A stretch of 10,302 nucleotides of DNA from Candidatus Micrarchaeota archaeon (GCA_040753215.1 JBFMEZ010000031.1:1-10302), one strand, 5' to 3'. Shown: positions 1-7,529, counted from the stretch's first letter. Notes: a model not told the origin generated them from the sequence alone. Translations and numbers: made by a program.

Positions 1-115
1 TCACCGTAGTGCTGTACACGCCGAAAAGGGCGGCCATGTTTGACTGGGATGGAACTCCGTCACAGCTTCTGATGGCATCCAGCAGCTGCTCGTCCGTGAA
101 CTTGAGTTCGGTCAT
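1..115 (-). CDS. 5' part of a putative helix-turn-helix protein (runs off the window edge)
   Basis: Manual translation from ATG at 115: MTELKFTDEQLLDAIRSCDGVPSQSNMAALFGVYSTTV..., open to position 1. The pattern S-Q-x-x-M-A-x-x-F-G-V-x-x-x-T-V resembles an HTH. An AT-rich TTTAAA box lies at ~148-153. Confidence 0.6.
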   Translation of the reverse strand, partial: MTELKFTDEQLLDAIRSCDGVPSQSNMAALFGVYSTTV

Positions 116-300
116 GCTTATACGTATAAATAGTGTTGGAAAAGGTATTTAAATGTGTAACATACGCGTAGATAAGACACTGGAAGAAATAAATGCGAAA
201 AAATAATTCGCACGCTTCAAGGCTTGTCAAAGGGAAATTAGAAGAACATCACTCCTCTTCCTTGCTCCAACTATGTTCCAAATTTATGAAAAATTTGGAG

Positions 301-431
301 GTGAACCTCCACGGCCTAAAGGCCGTGGCTTCTTCGTAGATAAAGGGCAAATGTATTCCTGCTGCCTTTAGAGGAAGCCTCGGCTCTCCTCCCCGGCATA
401 AATGCCGAGGCTTCCGAGCCGTGGAGGTTCA
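301..431 (-). mobile_element. Non-autonomous IS200/IS605-type palindromic element (PATE-like), 131 bp
   Basis: Absent from the intact 16S copy. It has two related subterminal hairpins, CCACGGCC-TAAA-GGCCGTGG (309-328) and CCCCGGCA-TAAA-TGCCGAGG (391-410). On the minus strand each hairpin is preceded by GAAG, the element sits 3' of TCAC and ends in TCAC. It also has a 14-bp terminal inverted repeat (302-315/418-431). Confidence 0.85.
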
Positions 432-467
432 GTGATCTATCCGCAGGTCCCCCTACGGATACCTTGT

Positions 468-500
468 TTATCGCCTCCGGGGACCGCAGTCCACGGAAGT
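468..500 (-). other. Copy of the 33-nt BHB intron inside the orphan 16S fragment
   Basis: Identical to 3979-4011. Confidence 0.9.
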
Positions 501-605
501 TACGACTTAGCCCTCCTCACGCAACATAAGTTCGAGCCTGGCAAGAACCAGAATCTCACCTACATCGCATTTGGATGACTTGACGGGCGGTGTGTGCAAG
601 GCAGG

Positions 606-646
606 TTTTATAAATGTAAACAATTATTTGTTTACATATGTTTACA
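606..646 (+). promoter_or_regulatory. TATA box and palindromic operator-like site overlapping the ATPase start
   Basis: TTTTATAAA (606-614), perfect inverted repeat ATGTAAACAA-ttat-TTGTTTACAT (614-637), and a third TGTTTACA (639-646) over the start codon. Confidence 0.65.
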
Positions 647-1825
647 CCCGCCGGAAAGAGGGAAAACCCGTTCATGCCGGGGAACGGGATAGAGCCGAGA
701 TACCTCGCCGGAAGGGAGGAACTGCTCGGGTTTTTCTCCAGAAGCCTCGATAGCTATAAACAAGGCCTGCCCCACAACATGGTTGTTTTCGGGTTGCGTG
801 GCACAGGTAAGACGGTGCTCCTAAGGCGCTTCAAGAGCATAGCGGAAAGCAAGGGCTGGCTTTGCGCAGAGCGCGAGTTTAATGAGCGGTTCTCGGATGA
901 TACAGTATTTGCTGAAGCCGTGGTTAAAGACCTGCTCGCCATGGCGGCGGAGGCATCGGTCCAGAAAAAGCTGGCTGAGACTGGAAAGAGGATTGCGAAT
1001 TTCCTTAAGCCTGAGGAAATAAGCGCTTATGGAATCAGCTACAAGCCGTTTTATAAGGAAAAAAGAGAGCTTCTGGAGGATTATCTCAGGGACATGTTGT
1101 GCTCAAATTGGCATGTATTCAAGAAATCCGGTAAGACTGGGGTTGTTTTCTTATACGATGAGTTTCATGCCATACGCGACAAAGCCGAAATGAAATCGCA
1201 CCCGCTTGCAAGCCTTCTTGGAGCAATGGCATACGCGCAGAGGAACGGGTGCAAATACTACATGGTTCTGTCCGGGCTGCCTCCGCTAAAGACAAACCTG
1301 AAAGAGGCGAAGACATACACCGAAAGGATGTTTTCATTCAAGGAAGTGGATAACTTAACCCCTGCGCAGGCAAAGGAAGCCATTCTCGGGACCCTGAAAG
1401 GCTCTGGATACAGCTTTGATGATGAACTGACAGATGCGGTAATCAGGGAAACGGATGGCTACCCATATTTCATACAATTCTATGGATACTTCCTGATTGA
1501 GAATTCCAACAATGCCAAGCTGGGGCTAAGAGACTTAAAGCGCCTGCATCCGGCGCTGATAAACGAGCTTGACACGAGCTTTTTTGAGGACAGGTTCAGC
1601 CTTGCTTCCGATAAGGAGAAGAAGATACTGATTGCGATGGCCAAGGTCGGCGAGGAAAGCATAGAGGCACTGAAAATACGGAAAACCGCCGGGGTTTCCC
1701 ATCCCACGCTGATGGAACTCTTAAAACGCCTGCAGGAGAAGGGGCTGCTTTACAGGGTAAGCAGAGGAAAGTATGGATTTTCCATTCCATTGTTCAGGGA
1801 ATATCTGCTAAGGCATTGTAGGTAA
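638..1825 (+). CDS. Archaeal-type AAA+/STAND-like P-loop ATPase with C-terminal winged helix
   Basis: 395 aa. N-terminal NPF..G...P.YLAGRE motif, Walker A GLRGTGKT, Walker B VVFLYDE, GYPYFIQ (GxP) motif, C-terminal wHTH-like LLKRLQEKGLLYRVSRGKYGF. Confidence 0.9.
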   Translation: MFTPAGKRENPFMPGNGIEPRYLAGREELLGFFSRSLDSYKQGLPHNMVVFGLRGTGKTVLLRRFKSIAESKGWLCAEREFNERFSDDTVFAEAVVKDLLAMAAEASVQKKLAETGKRIANFLKPEEISAYGISYKPFYKEKRELLEDYLRDMLCSNWHVFKKSGKTGVVFLYDEFHAIRDKAEMKSHPLASLLGAMAYAQRNGCKYYMVLSGLPPLKTNLKEAKTYTERMFSFKEVDNLTPAQAKEAILGTLKGSGYSFDDELTDAVIRETDGYPYFIQFYGYFLIENSNNAKLGLRDLKRLHPALINELDTSFFEDRFSLASDKEKKILIAMAKVGEESIEALKIRKTAGVSHPTLMELLKRLQEKGLLYRVSRGKYGFSIPLFREYLLRHCR

Positions 1826-1826
1826 T

Positions 1827-1858
1827 TGTAGACAAAAAATTGTTTACAGGTGTTTACA
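1827..1858 (+). repeat. Second copy of the 32-bp palindromic motif, just after the ATPase stop
   Basis: TGTAGACAA-aaaa-TTGTTTACA-gg-TGTTTACA versus TGTAAACAA-ttat-TTGTTTACA-ta-TGTTTACA at 615-646; 26/32 identical with the same spacing. Confidence 0.85.
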
Positions 1859-1880
1859 TGCCCAGCATGAGTCTGTTCCG

Positions 1881-2678
1881 TCATTTGAGTGCCAAGAAAG
1901 ATTCATAGAAAGGCAAGTCCAATTGCAGTTCATCGGGCACGCGGATTACGTTCCTGAAACCAGCATCTTTCAGGAGTTGCGATATTTCTTCTATGGTCAG
2001 GGCGATTCCTTCGACTGTAAGATTATCGTGTCCAGTCCAAATTGTCCAATAGCGCCTGCCATCTTCATACCCGGCTTCTATGGACAATTGCTCCTCAAGC
2101 CCGCCAACTAGGGCTTTGCCGAGCTGGATTCTGCCACCAGAATATTTTGCCAGGTCAAACAGCAGCTTTCCATCCGGTTTAAGCACTCCAAGGATTCCGG
2201 AAAAGGATGCGCTAACAACGTTCCTCATTTCAGTTGTAGAGGCATGCTCGCCATGCCAGCCTAGCGCATATGGAATGGAATTGCCCAAAATGATGACCAG
2301 GTCAAATCTCATTTCAAAAATCCGGGGCAGCTCTTCCCACTTTGCATGGAAAATGCGGCCCGAAAGCATTTCTAGAACGGCCGGAGAAGTCTTTTCCCTG
2401 AGCACTTCAAGCATCTGTGCATCGCCATCGGAACAATGGAGGTTCCTGCCGACAGGTATCTTGTCTATATCTATAAGCGTGGGTATTCCGGTGCCCACGG
2501 CAGCATCAAGGGTGCTGGCTGCGCCCAGATGTTCCACTAATTTCTGGAATCGTGCGGCGCGGGGGTGGATTGCACCCTGCGGAGGGCTGCCGTACGCCTT
2601 CCCGACCAGCAGCCCACGCTCCGCATGGTATAATGCCGCGAGCCTTTTCCGCTCAGCCGGTGTGAAGTGTTTTTGCAT
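1881..2678 (-). CDS. Class I SAM-dependent methyltransferase (small-molecule N-methyltransferase-like)
   Basis: 265 aa. Motif I TLDAAVGTG, post-I CSDGDAQML, motif II FDLVIILGNSIPY, motif III LKPDGKLLFD. Confidence 0.85.
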   Translation of the reverse strand: MQKHFTPAERKRLAALYHAERGLLVGKAYGSPPQGAIHPRAARFQKLVEHLGAASTLDAAVGTGIPTLIDIDKIPVGRNLHCSDGDAQMLEVLREKTSPAVLEMLSGRIFHAKWEELPRIFEMRFDLVIILGNSIPYALGWHGEHASTTEMRNVVSASFSGILGVLKPDGKLLFDLAKYSGGRIQLGKALVGGLEEQLSIEAGYEDGRRYWTIWTGHDNLTVEGIALTIEEISQLLKDAGFRNVIRVPDELQLDLPFYESFLALK

Positions 2679-2774
2679 GTGTTCTTTTATGTTATTTTAG
2701 ATATTTATATTTTATTATATGAATTTAGTTCAAAAAGTAAATATTTATATTAATAACTAAATAATGAACTAATT
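2679..2774. promoter_or_regulatory. AT-rich divergent promoter region between methyltransferase and Lrp/AsnC genes
   Basis: Very AT-rich, with TTTATA boxes and an inverted repeat TTAGTTCA (2725-2732) / TGAACTAA (2765-2772). Confidence 0.55.
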
Positions 2775-3734
2775 ATGGAGCTTGACAGGCTGGACGAGCA
2801 GATACTCGCGGAACTGGATAACAACGCAAGGCAGAGCAATTCCCGGATCGCGAAAAAGCTGCGCGTGAACAAGAACGTCGTAAATTACAGGATAAAGAAC
2901 CTTGAGAAGGCAGGCGTAATCAGTGGATATTACGGCGTGATAGACAACTACCGCCTTGGGTATTCTTCCTACCGCGCTTACCTCAAGCTGAGGAATGCCG
3001 GTCCGAAAAAGGAGAAGCAAATCATGGATTATCTTGTGAAGCTTCCGCAGACCTGGTGGATAGGCTCAATAAAGGGCAGGTTTAACATGGGCGCCCTCTT
3101 CCTGGTGAAGACGCAGAAGGAATTCGTGGATGTATGGAATGAATTGCATGAATTGTTTCGTGAATTCGTAAACGAAGAACGTGTGGTTGTTTACTGCGGC
3201 CTTGAGCATTATCGCCTTCCCTTTACCAAAAAATGCCTGAGGGAAGACGCGGGATTCGAATCGGTAGGAGTTGGGGAGACCACGGAGGTTGACAAAACCG
3301 ATATGGAACTGCTACGCTTCATTTCCGAAAATGGGCGCGCATCACTGATTGAGATTGCGAAGAAAGTCAATCTTACTCCTGCGGCGATTAGCTACCGCAT
3401 CAGGCAGCTGGAAAGGAAGAAGGTAATCCTCGGATATCGTGCGGTTGTTGACATGGCACGGCTAGGGTACACACTTTACAAAGTCGACATAAATCTTAAG
3501 GATGCGGAAAAATATGGAACGGTTCAGAGATTCGCACGCGCTCATGAGAATATCTTCTATCTGGACAAGACGGTGGGATGGGCAGATGCCGAGATTTCGG
3601 TCTATGCCCGCAGCCCGCAGCAATTCTATTCGATCATGGATGGGATAAGGGAGAAATTTACGGAAGAAATAACGGATTATGACTTCTTCGCCTACTCAGA
3701 GATAACAAAAATAGTATACATGCCGGTTGAGTAG
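2775..3734 (+). CDS. Tandem (double) Lrp/AsnC-family transcriptional regulator
   Basis: 319 aa with two HTH-RAM repeats: LDRLDEQILAELDNNARQSNSRIAKKL...VNYRIKNLEKAGVI and VDKTDMELLRFISENGRASLIEIAKKV...ISYRIRQLERKKVI. Confidence 0.92.
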   Translation: MELDRLDEQILAELDNNARQSNSRIAKKLRVNKNVVNYRIKNLEKAGVISGYYGVIDNYRLGYSSYRAYLKLRNAGPKKEKQIMDYLVKLPQTWWIGSIKGRFNMGALFLVKTQKEFVDVWNELHELFREFVNEERVVVYCGLEHYRLPFTKKCLREDAGFESVGVGETTEVDKTDMELLRFISENGRASLIEIAKKVNLTPAAISYRIRQLERKKVILGYRAVVDMARLGYTLYKVDINLKDAEKYGTVQRFARAHENIFYLDKTVGWADAEISVYARSPQQFYSIMDGIREKFTEEITDYDFFAYSEITKIVYMPVE

Positions 3735-3853
3735 GAAAGAGGCTTGAGGTTTTTGGTCTCCTTTTTGCGCCTGGGCGGATGTATGCTTGAGGTTTTCGAC
3801 GTCGTTTTGCACCGAGCCGAAGGCGAGGTAACCCAATGGCAGAAAGAAAAAGG

Positions 3854-3880
3854 ACGCTTCAAGGTTTGTCAAAGGGAAAT
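3854..3880 (-). other. 3' arm of the pre-16S processing stem (BHB)
   Basis: RNA UUUCCCUU-UGAC-AAA-CCUUGAAGCGU pairs with the 5' arm ACGCUUCAAGG-GUCA-AGA-AGGGGAAA (5678-5703), giving a 4-bp central helix and two 3-nt bulges. Confidence 0.9.
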
Positions 3881-3978
3881 TAGAAGAACATCACTCCTCT
3901 TCCTTGCTCCAACTATGTTCCAAATTATATAATAATTTGGAGGTGATCTATCCGCAGGTTCCCCTACGGATACCTTGT

Positions 3979-4011
3979 TTATCGCCTCCGGGGACCGCAG
4001 TCCACGGAAGT
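3979..4011 (-). other. 16S intron 4 (33 nt, BHB-type, ~E. coli 1499)
   Basis: Helix GUCG/CGAU, bulges UA^A and AA^A, inner stem CUUCCG/CGGAGG. Splicing restores AAGUCGUAACAAGG. Confidence 0.93.
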
Positions 4012-4136
4012 TACGACTTAGCCCTCCTCACGCAACATAGGTTCGAGCTCGGCAAGAACCGAAATCTCACCTACATCGCATTTGGATGACTTGACGGGCG
4101 GTGTGTGCAAGGAGCGGGGACTTATTCACCGCGTGA

Positions 4137-4170
4137 GTCCACTTCCGCCACAAAAGACTTGTAACGGAAT
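4137..4170 (-). other. 16S intron 3 (34 nt, canonical BHB, helix 43 loop, ~E. coli 1360)
   Basis: Outer helix CGCGUG/CACGCG, central UCAU/GUGG, bulges CA^A and AC^U, inner stem UUCCGUUACAA/UUGUGGCGGAA. Confidence 0.93.
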
Positions 4171-4307
4171 TGATGACACGCGATTACTAGCCATTCCAGC
4201 TTCATGAGGGTGAGTTGCAACCCTCAATCCGAACTAGGGATGGATTTAGGGGATTGGCGCCTCCTCTCGGAGTAGCAACCCATTGTTCCACCCATTGTAT
4301 GCCGCGT

Positions 4308-4401
4308 TTGGCCCCGGCCAGGCAGGCTTATATGGAAATGAATCTGAGAATTCCCACCCCAGATCAAGGATTGATGCTGTTTCCATTGCTGCCTAACCAG
4401 T
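4308..4401 (-). other. 16S intron 2 (94 nt, BHB-type, ~E. coli 1226)
   Basis: Central GGCU/GGCC, bulges AC^A and AA^A, 12-bp inner stem CUGGUUAGGCAG/CUGCCUGGCCGG. Splicing gives GGGCUACACGCGG. Confidence 0.93.
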
Positions 4402-4519
4402 GTAGCCCCGGTAATTCGGGCCATACTGACCTACCGTCGCCCACTCCTTCCTCCCACTTAACGCGGGCAGTCCGTCTAGAGTGCCCCCTGCTAAAGGCAG
4501 AGGTAGCAACTAAACGCAT

Positions 4520-4551
<32 letters not shown>

Positions 4552-4687
4552 GTTCACACCACGAGCTGACGATGGCCATGCAACACCTCTCGGCTTGTCA
4601 GGCAAGATCTTCAGTCTGGCCTTCATGCTGCCGTCGTACCGGGTGAAGTTCACGGCGTTGTATCCAATTGAACCGTAGCATCCACGG

Positions 4688-4723
<36 letters not shown>

Positions 4724-4839
4724 ACCTTGCGGTCGTACTCCCCAGGCGGCAGACTTAACACCTACGCTACAGCACTGCGACAGATTAAATCTGGCGCAAC
4801 ACCACAGTCTGCATCATTTACAGCTGGGACTACCGGGGT

Positions 4840-4869
4840 TTTTAGTGGCGGAGGAAATCCTCACGCCAT
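4840..4869 (-). other. 16S intron 1 (30 nt, BHB-type, 790 loop, ~E. coli 793)
   Basis: Central UUAG/CUAA, bulges AU^A and AA^A, inner stem UGGCG/CGCCA. Splicing restores GGAUUAGAUACCCCGGUAGUCC. Confidence 0.93.
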
Positions 4870-5677
4870 ATCTAATCCCGTTCGCTCCCCCAGCTTTCGT
4901 CCCTCACCGTCGGACGCGTTTTGGTAAGGCGCCTTCGCCACTGGTGGTCCACCCAGGCTCAACGGATTTTACCCCTACCCTGGGTGTACCCCTTACCTCC
5001 CCCGCTCCCAAGCCCGGGAGTATCCCCTGCACGCAGTGGAGTTGAGCCCCACTATTTCACAGAGGACTTTTCAGGCCGGCTACGGACGCTCTAGGCCCAG
5101 TATACGTGGGTACCACTCGAGGCGCTGGTGTTACCGCGGCGGCTGCCACCAGTCTTGCCCACACCCTTATTCTCCAAGCTGTTTACACTTGGCAAAAGGC
5201 GGAAACTAAGTTTCCGTCACTCGGAGTTCCCCTGTCACGCTTTCGCGCATTGCAGAGGTTTCGCGCCTGCTGCATCCCGTAGGACTAGGGCCCTTGTCTC
5301 AGTGCCCTTCTGGGGGCCACCACTCTCATGGCCCCTAGAGATTATCGGCTTGGTAGGCCGTTACCCTACCAACTGCCTAATCCCCCGCAGTCCCATCCCA
5401 AGGCGGACCGGCTCCAATTCGCCGGCCTTTTGGGCCATCAAGCATTCCAGCATAGATGGCCTATGTGGTGTTAGCCTCAGTTTCCCGAGGTTATCCCCCT
5501 CCTTGGGGCAGGTTGACTACGTGTTACTCAGCAGTGTGCCACCCTTGGAAGTCCAAGAGTAGACTTGCATGGCTTAGTCGAACTCCGATAGCAGTACCCT
5601 CCAGCAGGATCAACTGGAGTTGATTTGGAGTACCTGTATATGTCAAGGAATTGTCAGGAAAAGCTAGTTCAATCTTC

Positions 5678-5703
5678 TTTCCCCTTCTTGACCCTTGAAG
5701 CGT
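5678..5703 (-). other. 5' arm of the pre-16S processing stem (BHB)
   Basis: Complementary to 3854-3880, and also to the orphan copy at 211-238. Confidence 0.9.
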
Positions 5704-5783
5704 GAGTCGAACTTGTAAAGAACAAGTTTCCATTCTTAGAAAATGCCCACAAAAGTGGGTAAGGTATAGATACGCAACATGTA

Positions 5784-5798
5784 TTTTTAAAGGTTTGG
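5784..5798 (-). promoter_or_regulatory. Putative BRE/TATA promoter of the 16S gene
   Basis: Minus strand CCAAACC-TTTAAAAA, ~80 bp upstream of the processing stem. Confidence 0.6.
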
Positions 5799-5823
5799 TC
5801 GCGCGTTCGGAGGGACGGCGGAG

Positions 5824-5837
5824 GAAAAGTTTAAATA
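5824..5837 (+). promoter_or_regulatory. Putative BRE/TATA for the ORF at 5871
   Basis: GAAAAG-TTTAAATA, ~35 bp upstream of the ATG. Confidence 0.5.
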
Positions 5838-5870
5838 CAAGTTAAAACATAAATAATAACAGGTTTTATT

Positions 5871-6425
5871 ATGAACCCAGCTACAAAAACTAAACCGGGA
5901 ATTGGTGCCACGACAGAAGTGCACGGACCAGGATACTCTGTGCATCCCTTCCGCGAAGACAAAAATCCGATGAATGCAGAACAGATAGCTAGGCTTGAAA
6001 GGTTCCTCAAAACCAATTTTGTCGGCGGAACCCTCGTTGAATATAAAGACGGATACGGATTCGGGTATGAGTGGGGCAGGGCGAAGGTGACGAAATTTTC
6101 AGTTGAAGGGACCGAATTGAAAATAGAAACTGATGGAAATGCAAGGCTGCGCTATTATGATGTTAATCGGCTCCGCATTGATGAAAAAAATGGCGTATTC
6201 CTGATATCTGGGAGATACTGCGCCTGCTATGCAATCGCCCCGCCTGGAGTGGAAATACGAAAGAAGCCGACCATCGAAGAAGCACTTGCCGCTTCTGCCG
6301 GGCTTTTGAAGGAGGGCGTGGGCAAAGCGTGCGAAACCAAACCGACAATGGCTGCGGAGGACGGGAGGCCCACGCCCAGCGAGCTGGCGGACGCCTTCCC
6401 TGTGCTAAAGGGGCTGAAGGAATAA
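5871..6425 (+). CDS. Hypothetical protein
   Basis: 184-aa ORF with natural composition, upstream TATA box, convergent with the next gene. No motif recognised. Confidence 0.75.
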   Translation: MNPATKTKPGIGATTEVHGPGYSVHPFREDKNPMNAEQIARLERFLKTNFVGGTLVEYKDGYGFGYEWGRAKVTKFSVEGTELKIETDGNARLRYYDVNRLRIDEKNGVFLISGRYCACYAIAPPGVEIRKKPTIEEALAASAGLLKEGVGKACETKPTMAAEDGRPTPSELADAFPVLKGLKE

Positions 6426-6470
6426 TCAATGTATGTGACCACACCCTTCGCTTTTGTAGTCACACATTCA

Positions 6471-7529
6471 TCATTTCTTATACGCAACGTAGATGTCCGC
6501 TTCCAGCATCGTCCCGTTTTCGTAGAAGTGGTGCGTGAAATACAGATTGCCCGCGTTGTCCAAAGTTGGTTCACCTGCGAATTGGGAGACGATTAGTTCA
6601 GGTGTGCCCCATTCTCCATTCATTTTTTTGGAGCGGAAGATTGCGGGAGTGCCCATGTATGTCCTGGTGAACCAGAACTCACTGCCATCCTGGGAAATGA
6701 AGGGCCATCCTTCGTTGTCCGGAGAATTCATTAGTTCAAAATTAATTGGGGGCTGCCATTCCCCATTCACTTTTTCCGTGTACCAGATGTCCAGCTGGCC
6801 TTTTCCTCCGGCCCTTGGGGAATGGAAATAGAGCGTGTTCCCGTCCGCGGAGATGTGCATCTCCCCTACTTCATAATCCCTCAATTTCTCATCAACAATC
6901 TGCCAGCCTTCCCATTTTCCGTTCACATGCCTTGCGGTGAAGAGGTTTATGCCCGGGTATCCTTCCCTCACCGAGCAGAACCAAGCCTCGCCCCCCTGCA
7001 CGAAAAGGCATCCGTCCAAAGAAAGCTCGCCGGGTTCTACGAGCCACATCCTTTCGGGTTCGATCCATTCTCCATTAACTTTATGGGAAACATAGATTCC
7101 GGTTACGTTGTCTAACAATTGCTGTTCTACCGGAATAGCCGGGCTGGGAGTAAACCATACATAGAATGTGTTTCCGTCCGGCATTATGAAGGGGGAATCC
7201 TCCGCCCCTTTTGTGTTTATGGGCGGGCCGAGCGGGACCGGCTCTTCATATTCATCGGAATGAAGAATGGGCGGGTAGATGTCGGTTTCCGGGGTTATTT
7301 TTACCGCGCCCGCGGGAACCATCTCCTCGCGGGCGGTAGTTGGATAGGAAGGCGCGGGCGGCTGGTTTCCACCATATGATGGCGGAGTGCCGAAGGACGG
7401 TCCGGAGCCCGAAACCGGAAACTGGGAACCGGAAACCGGAAACTGCGTGTCCGGAGCACGCTCTCCGCACCCAAAAAGGAGGAACGCGGAGAAAAGAAGC
7501 GTAGCGAGAACCATTGTTCCGGACTGCAT
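6471..7529 (-). CDS. Secreted lipoprotein with PD40/TolB-like beta-propeller repeats
   Basis: Hydrophobic signal ending LLFGC, Pro/Ser-rich linker, repeats EDSPFIMPDGNTFYVWF, ISADGNTLYFHSPRAGGKGQLDIW and EGWPFISQDGSEFWF. Confidence 0.85.
   Translation of the reverse strand: MQSGTMVLATLLFSAFLLFGCGERAPDTQFPVSGSQFPVSGSGPSFGTPPSYGGNQPPAPSYPTTAREEMVPAGAVKITPETDIYPPILHSDEYEEPVPLGPPINTKGAEDSPFIMPDGNTFYVWFTPSPAIPVEQQLLDNVTGIYVSHKVNGEWIEPERMWLVEPGELSLDGCLFVQGGEAWFCSVREGYPGINLFTARHVNGKWEGWQIVDEKLRDYEVGEMHISADGNTLYFHSPRAGGKGQLDIWYTEKVNGEWQPPINFELMNSPDNEGWPFISQDGSEFWFTRTYMGTPAIFRSKKMNGEWGTPELIVSQFAGEPTLDNAGNLYFTHHFYENGTMLEADIYVAYKK
7404..7445 (+). repeat. Heptamer array (GAAACYG-like x6) inside the lipoprotein gene, encoding QFPVSGS x2
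   Basis: ggagccc gaaaccg gaaactg ggaaccg gaaaccg gaaactg. Confidence 0.85.

Larger units (their letters stand above)
212..601 (-). pseudogene. Orphan 3'-terminal 16S rRNA fragment (~1390 region to anti-SD) plus 3' processing arm; direct repeat of 3854-4112
   Basis: 212-300 aligns with 3854-3942 and 432-601 with 3943-4112. There are 12 substitutions over 259 bp and a 131-bp insertion at 301-431. No upstream 16S sequence exists beyond 601. Confidence 0.95.

Noticed and set aside
301..431. The insertion as a fifth BHB intron
   Set aside because: Its ends pair with each other, but no 4-bp exon-intron helix with 3-nt bulges can be drawn. The IS200/IS605 guide and target signatures explain it better.
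212..601. The duplication as a simple assembly repeat artefact
   Set aside because: The copies differ by 12 substitutions, including compensatory pairs, and by a clean element insertion. A two-strain chimera is still possible and needs read support to exclude.
1881..2678. Methyltransferase as an rRNA methylase (KsgA-like) because it lies near 16S
   Set aside because: It lacks the KsgA GQNFL and NLPY motifs and looks like a small-molecule methyltransferase.
3743..3830. GCTTGAGGTTTT twice and a small GCC-GAA-GGC hairpin downstream of the Lrp gene; ORF 3744-3932
   Set aside because: Too short to assign a function, and the ORF runs into the rRNA processing arm.
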